Below are positions 44,512 to 55,032 of a stretch of DNA of 64,000 bases, piece after piece. The stretch covers positions 455,050 through 519,049 of the forward strand of contig JBEKML010000001.1 of NCBI GenBank assembly GCA_050008535.1, read 5' to 3'. This DNA is from Minisyncoccia bacterium. Its GTDB lineage: Bacteria > Patescibacteriota > Minisyncoccia > UBA6257 > 2-01-FULL-56-20. Numbering within the stretch: the first letter of the stretch is position 1; every line of letters starts with the position of its first letter. The translations under genes and the position numbers were made by a program. The notes below the pieces were generated by a model. It was given only the letters and a program-made list of their open reading frames with translations. It was not told the DNA's origin and ran no database searches.

Positions 44512-45801
44512 GTGATCAATTATAAGAAACTGCCGGAAACACCCGGCGTGTATTTGATGAAGGACGCCGCCGGCCGCGTGCTCTATGTCGGCAAAGCGGG
44601 TAATTTGCGCCGGCGGGTTTCAAGCTACTTTGAGCGGCCGCATGATGTGCGCATAGAGGCGCTCGTAGTGAAAATAAAAAAAGTTGATTACGAAAAGACC
44701 GATACGGCATTGGAGGCGCTCATCCGCGAGGCGGAATTGATCAAAACGCTCATGCCGCCGTTCAATGTGCGTGAAAAGGACGACAAAAGTTTTTTGTACA
44801 TTGAGATTACGAAAGAAAAGTTCCCGCGCGTGCTTTTGGTGCGCGGGAAGGACGGCGCCGGGCAAGGCAAGCGCTACGGCCCTTTTGTGTCCGCCTCAAG
44901 CGTCCGTGAGGCGCTCAAAATTTTGCGGAAGATCTTTCCATGGAGCATGCACGATCCAGAACGCGTCGGGAAATTCGCGCGACCCTGCTTTGATTGCGAG
45001 ATCGGTCTTTGTCCGGGCACCTGCGTGGGTGCGATCTCACGCGAAGAATATCTAAAAAACATCGGGCGGTTACAGTTCTTTTTGGAAGGGGAAAAGAAAC
45101 GATTGCTTCAATCGCTCACGAAGGAAATGAGTGCTGCTGGCAAAAAACTTGAATTTGAAAAAGCGGAACGCCTGCGCCGGCAGATCTTCGCGCTCCAACA
45201 TATCCGCGACACGGCGCTGATCGCCGATTCCGAAGTGCTTGTGCCCGCAGGGCGGGGTACAAGGAGCTATCGTATTGAGGGCTATGATATTTCAAATACC
45301 TCGGGCACGTCGGCGGTCGGTTCCATGGTGGTGTTTGAAAATGGCGAGCCGGACAAAAATGAATACCGTAAATTTAAGATCCGCAGTGTTTTCAAACCGA
45401 ACGACGTAGGCATGCTCACGGAGATTTTGGAGCGGCGATTCAAGCATTTCTCCGGCGGCCGCGTTCGTGTTGGTCAGATGGGTAATGCGCACAAGGGAAG
45501 CGGGGATGTCGGCGTGCAGAATGGCTGGCGTCTGCCTGACCTCGTTTTGATTGACGGCGGCATCGCGCAGGCGAACGCCGCGCGGCGGGTGCTTTTGCGC
45601 ACGGGTTTGCGGATCCCTATAGTCGGTATCGTGAAAGGTCCCGAGCGCAAGCGGAATGATATTCTCGGCGCCATTCCGAAAGGAGTGCAAAAAGCGACGC
45701 TTGTCCGCGTGCGCGACGAGGCGCACCGGTTCGCCATCGGCTATCATAAGGCCCTTCGCCGCGGCGCTTTTTTGCCGGGCCGGGAATCGCGAAAGGGATA
45801 A
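44512..45801 (+). CDS. uvrC: Excinuclease ABC subunit C (short form)
   Basis: GIY-YIG (PGVYLM, LYVGKA..LR.RV.SYF), RIEGYDISN, LIDGG, RDEAHRFAI. Confidence 0.93.
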   Translation: MINYKKLPETPGVYLMKDAAGRVLYVGKAGNLRRRVSSYFERPHDVRIEALVVKIKKVDYEKTDTALEALIREAELIKTLMPPFNVREKDDKSFLYIEITKEKFPRVLLVRGKDGAGQGKRYGPFVSASSVREALKILRKIFPWSMHDPERVGKFARPCFDCEIGLCPGTCVGAISREEYLKNIGRLQFFLEGEKKRLLQSLTKEMSAAGKKLEFEKAERLRRQIFALQHIRDTALIADSEVLVPAGRGTRSYRIEGYDISNTSGTSAVGSMVVFENGEPDKNEYRKFKIRSVFKPNDVGMLTEILERRFKHFSGGRVRVGQMGNAHKGSGDVGVQNGWRLPDLVLIDGGIAQANAARRVLLRTGLRIPIVGIVKGPERKRNDILGAIPKGVQKATLVRVRDEAHRFAIGYHKALRRGAFLPGRESRKG

Positions 45802-45809
45802 TAAGAACC

Positions 45810-46439
45810 ATGAAAGCGCCGAAATATAAAAATCTTTCACAGGTGGCAGGATGGCTCGCGTCCGGCAAGGTTGGCGTGATTCCCACCGACACGCTCTATG
45901 GCATCGTCGGTTCCGCGCTGCGGCGAAAAACCGTAGAGCGCATTTATCGTTTGCGCCGCCGCAATCCCCAAAAGCCAATGATCATTTTGATCGGAGATGC
46001 GCGCGCCATTGCTCGCTTTGGCGTTCAGCTTGACCGCCCAACTGCGGAGGTTTTGAAGAAGATGTGGCCGGGGAAAATAAGTGTTGTCTTGCCGATCGTG
46101 TCCCGTTCCGCCGCGCTCAAAAAATTCAAATATCTCCATTGCGGCGGCCGCTCGCTCGCGTTCCGCCTACCGCGTCCGGCATGGCTCCGCGCATTGCTCC
46201 GAAAAACCGGACCGCTCGTCGCACCAACTGCCAATCTTGAAGGCAAACCGCCCGCAAAAACGATCCGCGCGGCGAAGGAATATTTCGGCGATCGCGTGGA
46301 TTTTTACGTAGACGTCGGCCAGCTTCGGGCGAAGCCCTCCACGCTTTTGGAAATAAAAAACGGGAGGACGACAGTGGTGCGGCAGGGCGCAGTGAAAATC
46401 AAAGTTTCTGCGAGTATAATGAATACACCGTTCCGATGA
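45810..46439 (+). CDS. tsaC: L-threonylcarbamoyladenylate synthase (TsaC/YrdC)
   Basis: PTDTLYG, WPG, AFRLP, PTANLEG, PST, RQG. Confidence 0.9.
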   Translation: MKAPKYKNLSQVAGWLASGKVGVIPTDTLYGIVGSALRRKTVERIYRLRRRNPQKPMIILIGDARAIARFGVQLDRPTAEVLKKMWPGKISVVLPIVSRSAALKKFKYLHCGGRSLAFRLPRPAWLRALLRKTGPLVAPTANLEGKPPAKTIRAAKEYFGDRVDFYVDVGQLRAKPSTLLEIKNGRTTVVRQGAVKIKVSASIMNTPFR

Positions 46440-47113
46440 CCAAGCTCTCACGTTCAAAACTGGAACTTTTTATTGATTGCCCGAAATGCTTTTGGCTTGA
46501 TCTGAAGCAGGGGATCAAGCGGCCGCCAAGCATGCCCTTCACGCTCAACAACGCGGTGGACTTTTTGCTGAAGGAAGAATTTGATGTGCATCGCGCGAAG
46601 GGAACGCCGCATCCGGTGATGAAGAAGAACAAAATCGACGCCGTTCCATATCAGCACGAAGATCTCAATAAATGGCGCCACAACTTTACTGGAGTGCAAT
46701 TCGAACACAAGCCGACGGATTTTCTTGTGACCGGCGCGGTGGACGACGTTTGGGTGAACCCGGCGGGCGAGCTCATGGTGGTGGACTACAAGGCGACGGG
46801 TGCGCGCGAGCATAAAATCTACGATTCCTATCGGCGACAGATGGAAGTTTATCAATGGCTCTTGCGGCAGAACAAATTCAATGTTTCCAACGTCGGCTAT
46901 TTCGTGTTCGCGCGCGTGGACAAAGGAAAGGGTTTTGGCGAGGGTGAGGCGGCGCTCGCATTCGATCTTTTCATAGAGCCGCTCGTCGGGGATGATTCGT
47001 GGGTGGAGCAGGCGCTCATGAGCGCGCGGAAAACGCTTGATAAGCCGGAAGCCCCGGATCCCGTCCCTGCCTGCGATTATTGCAACTACCGCCGCGCCGC
47101 GGAACGGTTCTAG
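46436..47113 (+). CDS. PD-(D/E)XK nuclease, RecB/Cas4-like
   Basis: LSRSK...CPKCF, GAVDD, VVDYK, QMEVY, CDYC. Confidence 0.85.
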   Translation: MTKLSRSKLELFIDCPKCFWLDLKQGIKRPPSMPFTLNNAVDFLLKEEFDVHRAKGTPHPVMKKNKIDAVPYQHEDLNKWRHNFTGVQFEHKPTDFLVTGAVDDVWVNPAGELMVVDYKATGAREHKIYDSYRRQMEVYQWLLRQNKFNVSNVGYFVFARVDKGKGFGEGEAALAFDLFIEPLVGDDSWVEQALMSARKTLDKPEAPDPVPACDYCNYRRAAERF

Positions 47114-47176
47114 GACGTTTTATCTTGCGGGATTTCCCGTAATTTTGTATAACAAGCGGCAGGGAGAGGTGCCCAT

Positions 47177-47437
47177 ATGTCTATGCGTCGGTTCGAGGTG
47201 GCATTGGCCGCTGCGTTGATTTCCTTGCTGGCTGGAGGGGTCCTCAGTTTCGTTTTGGGGGCACTGAGAACGGCCTTCATTCTCTTTCGCTTCGGCCTGT
47301 TTCCAACCCAGGACGAACTGGCAGCGCCCTTCGCCATCCAGTGGTTCTTGACCGGCATGGCAACGCTCTGGGCTTACTACTCCGCCCGGACAAGCATCTA
47401 CAAAAGGCGGATGCGACGAGCATGGCAGCGGCAATGA
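47177..47437 (+). CDS. Small orphan membrane protein
   Basis: GGAGAGG SD, two TM segments, downstream hairpin. Confidence 0.6.
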   Translation: MSMRRFEVALAAALISLLAGGVLSFVLGALRTAFILFRFGLFPTQDELAAPFAIQWFLTGMATLWAYYSARTSIYKRRMRRAWQRQ

Positions 47438-47520
47438 CCGGTATCGCGCGGGGGTTGGGTCCGTCCAGCCCTCGCGCATCACTTTATAAATTTTAAATCT
47501 TGGCAGTATATAATCTTCTT

Positions 47521-47892
47521 ATGGCTGTGATGCCAAAACCAATCATTCTTTCGTGGACGCATCATGCGCAGGCGAAGATGTATTTTTATAAACTGTCGCC
47601 GGCGCGGGTGCGGCGCGTGTTGAACAGCCCGAAGCGCGTGGAGGAAGGCGTGGCGCCGAAGACGGTCGCGATGATGCAGCCCGCGGCGATCAAGGCGTTT
47701 GCCGGCCGCGCGGGCGCGAAAAAGGAAGAACGCTGGACGCAGGAGATTTGGGTGATGATCCAGGATGCGAAACGGGAACGGAAAGTGATCAGTGCGTGGC
47801 GCTATCCGGGCGTGACGAAACCCCGGAGCGCGGCCGCCGTGGACGCGATGCGCAGGGAATACGACGAATTTTTGTCAAAAGGAGGCAGGTAG
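47521..47892 (+). CDS. Hypothetical protein, DUF4258/BrnT-RelE-like pattern
   Basis: WTHHA..KM, VL.SP, EIWVM, KVISAWRYPG. Confidence 0.6.
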   Translation: MAVMPKPIILSWTHHAQAKMYFYKLSPARVRRVLNSPKRVEEGVAPKTVAMMQPAAIKAFAGRAGAKKEERWTQEIWVMIQDAKRERKVISAWRYPGVTKPRSAAAVDAMRREYDEFLSKGGR

Positions 47893-47909
47893 GGTTGTAT
47901 AATATAGTA

Positions 47910-48362
47910 ATGCTTCTTATAAGTCCTTCGTTTGAAGACAACGGGACGATCCCAAAAAAGTTCACCTGCGAAGGTGGGAACATCAATCCTGAGTTGCGGA
48001 TAGAGAACGTGCCCGCCGGCGCGGAAAGTTTGGCGCTCATCATGCACGATCCCGACGCCCCGATGCCGGGCGGCTTCACGCATTGGGTGGTTTGGAACAT
48101 TGCGCCCGCAACCACGCTTATCAAAGAAGAAAGCATGCCGCCCGGAGCAGCGGAGGGGCGGAACACGCGGAGCGCCGGGTACACCGGCCCCTACCCGCCG
48201 CCGGGCCACGGCGTCCATCATTATGAATTCCATCTTTATGCGCTTGATATGATGCTTGATCTTCCAACTACTTCCGGCAAGGCAAAACTCGAAGCGGCCA
48301 TGCAAGGCCACATTATTGAAGAAACAAAACTTGTGGGCCTGTACGAACGCAGAAAAGCTTAA
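47910..48362 (+). CDS. YbhB/YbcL (PEBP) family protein
   Basis: HDPDAP, FTHWVVWNI, YTGPYPP, HHYEFHLYALD. Confidence 0.93.
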   Translation: MLLISPSFEDNGTIPKKFTCEGGNINPELRIENVPAGAESLALIMHDPDAPMPGGFTHWVVWNIAPATTLIKEESMPPGAAEGRNTRSAGYTGPYPPPGHGVHHYEFHLYALDMMLDLPTTSGKAKLEAAMQGHIIEETKLVGLYERRKA

Positions 48363-48399
48363 GTTGCAAAACGATCGTTTTTGTGTTCTCCTGTAATAT

Positions 48400-48984
48400 A
48401 TGGAATCAACTGACAATGATCTTGTGCGATCCGTTCTCAAAGGAGAGAAGGATGCATTTGCGGAGCTTGTGGAGCGCCACACAAGTGTGGTCTACAAATT
48501 CACGTACCGCTACTTGCGGAACGGCGAGGATGCGGAGGATGTGACGCAGGAAGCGTTCGTGCGCGCGTGGAAAAATCTCAAAAAATTCGATCCGTCAAAG
48601 AATTTCAAAACGTGGCTTTTTGCCATTGCAAAGAATGCCGCGCTCGATCTTATTAAAAAGAAAAAACCATTGCTCTTTTCGCAAATTGCCGAAGAAGAGG
48701 ACCAGCTGGACGTTTTCTTCGCGCCTTATCTTGCTGCGCCGGAGCTTCCTGATGCTATTTTTGCGCGCAAGACGACGAAACTTGATATTGAACGTGTACT
48801 TACTACGCTTCCGCCCGGCTATCGGACGGTGCTTGCAATGCGGTATAACGATCAGCTGAAGTTCCGCGAGATCGCGGAGACCCTGGGCGAACCCATTGAT
48901 ACCGTAAAAAGCAAGCACCGCAGAGGGCTTGCGCTGCTTCGGAGGGTCATCGTGGGCGAGCCCCCCGATTCAAGTTTTGTGTAG
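48400..48984 (+). CDS. ECF RNA polymerase sigma factor
   Basis: DAEDVTQEAF, FKTWLFAIAKN, region 4 FREIAETLG..TVKS. Confidence 0.93.
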   Translation: MESTDNDLVRSVLKGEKDAFAELVERHTSVVYKFTYRYLRNGEDAEDVTQEAFVRAWKNLKKFDPSKNFKTWLFAIAKNAALDLIKKKKPLLFSQIAEEEDQLDVFFAPYLAAPELPDAIFARKTTKLDIERVLTTLPPGYRTVLAMRYNDQLKFREIAETLGEPIDTVKSKHRRGLALLRRVIVGEPPDSSFV

Positions 48985-49025
48985 AATTCATTGCCTGTGG
49001 GAGGTATTTGTGGTAAGATAAAGTC

Positions 49026-52000
49026 ATGAAAAAACTAACCATGGCGATGGTGGCTTGCCTCATCGCGGTTTCTGTTTTGCCGGTCGTGTCGAATGCAGCG
49101 ACGAACGCCGATCTGCAAGCGCAGATCCAGGCGCTTCTCGCGCAAATCCAACAGCTGCAGGCGCAACTGACGGCGCAGGGAGGGACAGGTACGTCGTGGT
49201 GCCATACATTTAACACCAATCTGGGCGTGGGCAGCTCGGGGGACGAGGTGACCGCGCTTCAGACGGCTTTAACGAAAGAAGGAGTCGGTGCCGAGAAAAA
49301 TTGGACGAGCGGCACCTTTGACGAAGTTACCGCTTCGGCAGTAACAGGATTCCAGGAAAAATATCGGAGTGATATTCTCACTCCCGCCGGCCTCGTGAAC
49401 GGCACAGGTTACGTCGGCGCGCGCACCCGCGCGAAACTGAACGCGCTGTACGGGTGCGGCGTAGTCACTCCGCCTCCGGTTGTCTGCCCTACGGTCGCAA
49501 AACTTTGCCCTGACGGCACCTATGTCAGCCCTGTTCCGCCAACCTGCCAATTTCCGGCTTGCCCGGTTTCAACTACAACTTCAACCCCGCCTTACCCCTC
49601 TCAACAGCTTACGATGATTTCGCCTGCCGGAGGAGAGCGTTGGCAAATAGGATCGCAACAGACCATAAGTTGGACGGATTCGGGTCTGAGAGACGGAGAC
49701 ACATACACCTTGTTTCTTACAAATGCGAATGGGGGTGCGTATGGAATTATAGGAAATGCGATTGTTCACCCGATTTACGGCAATCCTAATAGTGGATGGG
49801 TCGTGGGACGTCTTACAAACAACGCAACAGTGCCTCCGGGAGATTACTATATTCAGGTGGTAAAACAATATCAGAGTGCGGGAGGCGTCTATATTCAAAG
49901 CAAGGCGTTCACGATTGTGGCGGCAACCGCCACCCAGCATGGGTCCCTGAATGTTTCGGCGGATCCGATCCAACCTTCGAGCGGCCAGGTGGTGATGGGC
50001 TCAACCGGCGTCGCGCTTGCGGCATTCCGTCTTACTGAAACATCCAATGTTGAATCGCTTAAAGTGACCGATCTTACCGTGACGGATTATACGGCGTCGA
50101 ACAACACCGCTGCCTTTAGTAATCTTACGCTCTCGAGCGGGGGAACGGTGCTGGGCACGGCGGGCGCGCCGACGCGCCTTGCGAACGGCAGCTACGCCTA
50201 TCAGTTCCATTTTCCGACGCCTGTCGTTATCCCACAAAGCAACTCGGTTTCATTTGTGCTAAGAGGAGATGTGGTGCCATGGATTGCTCTTAATCCAAAC
50301 GACAACGGCGTGCATCAATTCGAGATCATCAATTCCTCGGACGTGACAGCGCTCGGAACCGCTTCGAACATTGCGGCCAACGTGAACATCTCAAATGCGA
50401 ACGGCAATGGCGTCGCCGTCTTGCGTAGCACATTGAGTCTGGTCGTCTCTCCTTCCGGAGCAACGTCGAATCGCACGCCTGTGAGCGCCGACGCGCTTGG
50501 CACGATTATGTTAACCGCCAACCCGGCCGGTCCTGTTGCGCTTGGCCGCTTGACCATTACCTTCCAGGGTTCGGGATTATCATCGAACGCCAATGGGTTT
50601 TTGCAGAGCGTCCAGCTGATTGACCAGAACGGAGGAAATATTGGGGTTCCTGTTGGATTCTCGGTCAATGGGACGGCGGCCACGTGGGACCTCAGTAATT
50701 ATCAAATCCCTGCCGGTGTACAATATTATTTCCAGTTGCGGGCAAACAGTACCTTGCTTCAGGGTTCTGCGCCGATCACCTTGTCCGCCGCGATCAAGAG
50801 CCCCGTTGACCTGACCTATGCTGATGCTTTGGATCCGTATGCGACGCGAGGCCTGACGATCCCAGCCGGTTTCCCATTCGTCATCAACTCGGTGAGCTAT
50901 TTGGGCGGGACCCCGCAGGCTATGGGAGTGAGTCCCGCATCGTTGAGTTTTACCGCCTCGTCCAATGCCATCAACAATCCTTCTCCTGCGAGTTCTCAAT
51001 TAATGCTTACCAATTATCCCAACACCGGCGTTACCGTTACAAAGACCTACACCAGCCCCTTGCCGTCCGGAGCCGATTGGCTTTCGATTGGTGCTTTGAC
51101 CGGTTCGGGCACGACCAAGACGATCACCGTTACACCGCAGCCATGGAACGCGCCAGCCGGTCTTAGCCCTGGCACCTACACGGCGTCTATCGCGATCAGC
51201 GCGAATGGCCAGACCATCACGGTGCCGGTGACGCTGACGGTGACGTCGTCGCCGGTTCAGCCGGTTCTCTCGGTCAGTCCGGCGTCGTTAAGCTTTACCG
51301 TCCAGCAGGGCGCGACTTCCGTGCCGTCGCAGTCATTGTCGGTTTCCCTTTCCTCTGGTGCGAGCGATATAAAAACCAGTGTCAGTTACGGATCGGGGAA
51401 TGGCTGGCTAACTGCGAGTGCGACAACGGGAGTTTCCGCCGGTGTCCCGGGGAACGTTGTAGTCACGGTAAATCCAACCGGCTTATCGGCAGGAAATTAT
51501 GCTGCGACAATTTCCGTGAGCGCGTTTGGTGTCGCAATTTCAGTCCCCGTAACGCTTACCGTATCGGCGCAACCAAAGCCAAGCGTAACCCTGAATGGCG
51601 TCCAGGGTTACAACCCGACGACAGGGGCATACACGAATAACACCGCCCTTGCGAGCACCTACCTCGTCCTCTATGGCACTTTTGGTTCCTCGCTGCTCAA
51701 CGCGGTTCCTACCAGAGCGCCACCCAAATCAACGTGTCCCTCGCGGGCATTGCGACAGGCTCCCACACGGTCGCGGTCTCGACCCCCTATGGTATGACCA
51801 ACTCATTACCCTTCACGGTGACGAACGCAGTGACCGCGCCGTCCCCGGTTCTGAACGGCGTCCAGGGCTACAACCCGACAACGGGGGCGTACACGAACAA
51901 CACCGCCCTTGCGAGCACCTACCTCGTTCTTTATGGCACTTTTGGTTCCTCGGGCAACGGGGTTCTGATCGACGGCAGCGCCGTGTCCGCCTCGGCTGTG

Positions 52001-52202
52001 ACTTACCAGAGCGCCACCCAGATCAACGTGTCCCTCGCGGGCATTGCGACAGGCTCCCACACGGTCGCGGTCTTAACCACGACCGGCACGACCGGCTCCT
52101 TACCCTTTACGGTGACGGCCTCCGGCGGTGGCGAACCAGATGGCGGACGTTCTCCAATCCATGAAAGGAATTTTGCAGTCCTTAAGCCAGATGCTGCAAT
52201 AA
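49026..52202 (+). pseudogene. Large surface protein (PG-binding, Ser/Thr-rich Ig, BACON-like, IPT-like repeats) interrupted by two frameshifts
   Basis: ORF 49026-51797 loses its repeat frame at about 51693; repeats continue in the frame of ORF 51734; helical tail VANQMADVLQSMKGILQSLSQMLQ* ends 52202 back in the original frame. Confidence 0.7.
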
Positions 52203-52302
52203 ATCCGTTGCTCTTACGGAGCACGAAGTAAGCGCTGCCTCAATTTGAGGTGAGTTCCGGCGGCGCGCACCTAAGAAAGCCGCTTGTTCGTATTCATTAC
52301 TA

Positions 52303-52728
52303 ATGGAAGACGGGATATTCAAAGAGATTATTTTGGGAGCAGATGCGGACATGCCTGCGCCGCCTACGGGACTTGCAAAGAAAATTTTGCTCCGCATTGA
52401 GCGGGAAGAGCGCCGGCGATTTTTGACGAGAACCGTGGCGCTCGGCGCGGCCCTTGCGGGTTCCATGGCGCTCGTCGTCTATGGCGGGGTTGCCGTGGCC
52501 GCCGATGCTTCGCGTTCCGGCTTCATTTCCTTTGCGTCGCTTTTCTTTTCGGATTTTTCGGCGACGATCGCGAGCTTTTCGGACTTCATCTTTTCCGTCG
52601 TCGAATCTTTTCCGGTGTTCTCCGCCGCCCTGCTTCTCTCGGGAGTTTTCTTTGCGATATGGTCCGCAGCCGCGTTTGTTGACGAGATGGCCTTGCTGCG
52701 CCGGCATACTTTTCATCTTTCCTCTTGA
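52303..52728 (+). CDS. Membrane protein, putative anti-sigma factor
   Basis: PP.GL..KILLRI motif followed by 2 TM; heads the exporter operon. Confidence 0.6.
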   Translation: MEDGIFKEIILGADADMPAPPTGLAKKILLRIEREERRRFLTRTVALGAALAGSMALVVYGGVAVAADASRSGFISFASLFFSDFSATIASFSDFIFSVVESFPVFSAALLLSGVFFAIWSAAAFVDEMALLRRHTFHLSS

Positions 52729-52738
52729 TTAAAAAATC

Positions 52739-53206
52739 ATGAAAGAACTCTTGCATTCTTCGAAGATCAGGGCGATCCTTTGGATACTGGGAGGCATAAT
52801 CGTATTATTTATTGTGTTCGGCGTTGGTGCCATGGTGGGACATCGACAAGCGGCCTTCCTGGGCCGCTTCGGGGATAATTATTACCGAAATTTTTATGGC
52901 GGCCCTATTGGCCATCCATCCTTCAATATGCACGGGGTGGCAGGCGAAGTGATCGATATTTCCAGTTCGTCGCTGTCGGTAAAAGATTTTGACGGTGACG
53001 AGCATTCGGTTGCCATATTTCCGGATACGGCGATCCGTGAAGACAACCGAATGATCACGATGGGTGACGTGCGGGCCGGCGACATGATTACGGTGATCGG
53101 ATCGCCGAACGGGGCGGGGCAGATCGAGGCAAGGTTCGTTCGTGTATTTGAAGCATCGTCGTCCATGCCGCTTCCGCCGCCCTTTCCCGGCACAAGCTTC
53201 AATTAA
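52739..53206 (+). CDS. Membrane-anchored DUF5666-like OB-fold protein
   Basis: TM, HGVAGEVI, GDMITVIG.P...GQIEA. Confidence 0.65.
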   Translation: MKELLHSSKIRAILWILGGIIVLFIVFGVGAMVGHRQAAFLGRFGDNYYRNFYGGPIGHPSFNMHGVAGEVIDISSSSLSVKDFDGDEHSVAIFPDTAIREDNRMITMGDVRAGDMITVIGSPNGAGQIEARFVRVFEASSSMPLPPPFPGTSFN

Positions 53207-53220
53207 TAAAACAAACTATC

Positions 53221-55032
53221 ATGTTCTCAAAATTACGTCGGACGGTTCGCGCGCATAAGATCGTTTCGCTCGTAGTGCTTCTCCTTGTGGCGGGCGGCGG
53301 ATATTATTGGTACACCTCGGCGCAGAGCACGGTCACCGTGACCAAATATGTTGTGGAGGATGCGACGACGGGGACCGTCATTTCCTCGGTCACGGGAAGC
53401 GGACAGGTGCAGGCGGTCACCTCTATCGACATCAAACCCCAGGTAACGGAGACCGTGAACCGGGTGTATGTGAAGGTGGGCGACCGTGTGGCGGCGGGTC
53501 AGTTGCTCGTGCAACTGGACACCGTGAACGAGGGGAAGTCGGTGCAGCAGGCGCAGCTTTCCTTGCAATCGGCGCAGCTTTCCCTCGCGAAGCTGCAACA
53601 GGTTGCGACGACAACGCTCCTTTCGGACCAGAATGCGGTAACGATGGGCGAAGAGAGCCTCTCGAGCGCATCAACGACGCTTGCAAAAGATTATCAGGGC
53701 GGCTTTGACGCGCTTTCTTCCGCGTTCGTTGATTTTCAAACCACCATGGCGGGACTCCAGGGTTTTGTTACGGGGAACGATATCAACAAGTCGCAGAACG
53801 ACCCGGACGCGTACGTGAGTCTTATGCCGAGCTACCTGCAGGTAGGTACGGTGCCGTATCGGGATGCCATCGTGTCAAATTACAGTGCTGCGGCTGCGGC
53901 GTATACGGGGAACCTTGCCGATTACCATGCGGCGAACCGCAATGCGGACCCGGCGGCGCTTGATGCGCTTTTTTCCGAGACGTACCATACGGCGCAGGCG
54001 ATCAGTGATGCCGTGAAGGCCGTAAAGGGACTTTTGGATTATGTGACGAACAATTATCCCAAGAATGCCGGACTTGCCCAGCTGCCTGCCATCACGACCA
54101 CGTTCCAAACTAATTTCGGAAATTATGCGAGCACCGCAAGCGGCGACGTATCGAATATTGCGGGGGTGATGAATACCGTTGCGAACGATAAGAATTCATT
54201 GAACAACGCACAGCTTTCTTTGAATGAGGCGAGCACCACGCTTGCGGCGCTCGTCGCCGGGCCGAATCCGCTTGATGTCCAATCGCAGCAGATAAGCATC
54301 CAAAATGCGCAGATCGCACTGCAGAACGCGGAGCAGAATCTTTCTTATTGTTCCCTGAAGGCGCCCATCGGGGGCATTGTCTCCGCCGTTCCCGCGATCG
54401 TAGGGGTGACGGTTCCCTCGCCTGCGGTGAGCATGGTGACGCAGGGGAAGCTGGCCCAAGTGACATTGAACGAAGTAGATGCGGCGAAGGTGGCGCTTGG
54501 CGACAAAGCGACGCTTACTTTTGATGCCCTCCCCGATCTTTTGCTTGCGGGCCAAGTATCTGAAATAGATGCCGTGGGGACGGTGAGCCAGGGAGTGGTG
54601 AATTATAACGTGCAGGTGGCCTTTGAGGAGGCATCGGGGACGACGAGCCAAGTAAGACCGGGCATGAGCGTAACGGCGAACATCGTTACGGCGGCGCACC
54701 AGGACGTGATTGCGGTCCCGAATGCGGCGGTCACGACGCAGGGCGGTGCGAGTTATGTTCTTGAACCTGCGTCGCCCGTCGCGAGTTCCGTGATCGCGAC
54801 GAGCGCTACGGGCGGCGTACAACTTGCCGCAACCAAGCGCGTGCCGGTAACCATCGGATTGACCAATGATACGCTCACAGAGATAACATCCGGCGTGAAC
54901 GTGGGGGACCAGATCATCGTGCAGACCATAAAGACGTCGGCGAGTACGGCATCAACCGCATCCACCGGCGGCACGAGTGCGTTGCGTCTCGGCGGTGGAC
55001 TTCTTGGCGGCGGCGGACCATCTGGACGATGA
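53221..55032 (+). CDS. MacA-like efflux periplasmic adaptor subunit
   Basis: VYVKVGDRV.AGQLL, long coiled coil, KAPIGGIV, RPGMSVTA. Confidence 0.9.
   Translation: MFSKLRRTVRAHKIVSLVVLLLVAGGGYYWYTSAQSTVTVTKYVVEDATTGTVISSVTGSGQVQAVTSIDIKPQVTETVNRVYVKVGDRVAAGQLLVQLDTVNEGKSVQQAQLSLQSAQLSLAKLQQVATTTLLSDQNAVTMGEESLSSASTTLAKDYQGGFDALSSAFVDFQTTMAGLQGFVTGNDINKSQNDPDAYVSLMPSYLQVGTVPYRDAIVSNYSAAAAAYTGNLADYHAANRNADPAALDALFSETYHTAQAISDAVKAVKGLLDYVTNNYPKNAGLAQLPAITTTFQTNFGNYASTASGDVSNIAGVMNTVANDKNSLNNAQLSLNEASTTLAALVAGPNPLDVQSQQISIQNAQIALQNAEQNLSYCSLKAPIGGIVSAVPAIVGVTVPSPAVSMVTQGKLAQVTLNEVDAAKVALGDKATLTFDALPDLLLAGQVSEIDAVGTVSQGVVNYNVQVAFEEASGTTSQVRPGMSVTANIVTAAHQDVIAVPNAAVTTQGGASYVLEPASPVASSVIATSATGGVQLAATKRVPVTIGLTNDTLTEITSGVNVGDQIIVQTIKTSASTASTASTGGTSALRLGGGLLGGGGPSGR

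Noticed and set aside
44512-45801. Short UvrC without the C-terminal HhH domain as a pseudogene
   Set aside because: Both nuclease domains are intact, the stop is clean and tsaC follows closely
52266-52280. ACCTAAGAAAG similar to the family loop
   Set aside because: No flanking long inverted repeat; better explained as part of an ECF-like promoter
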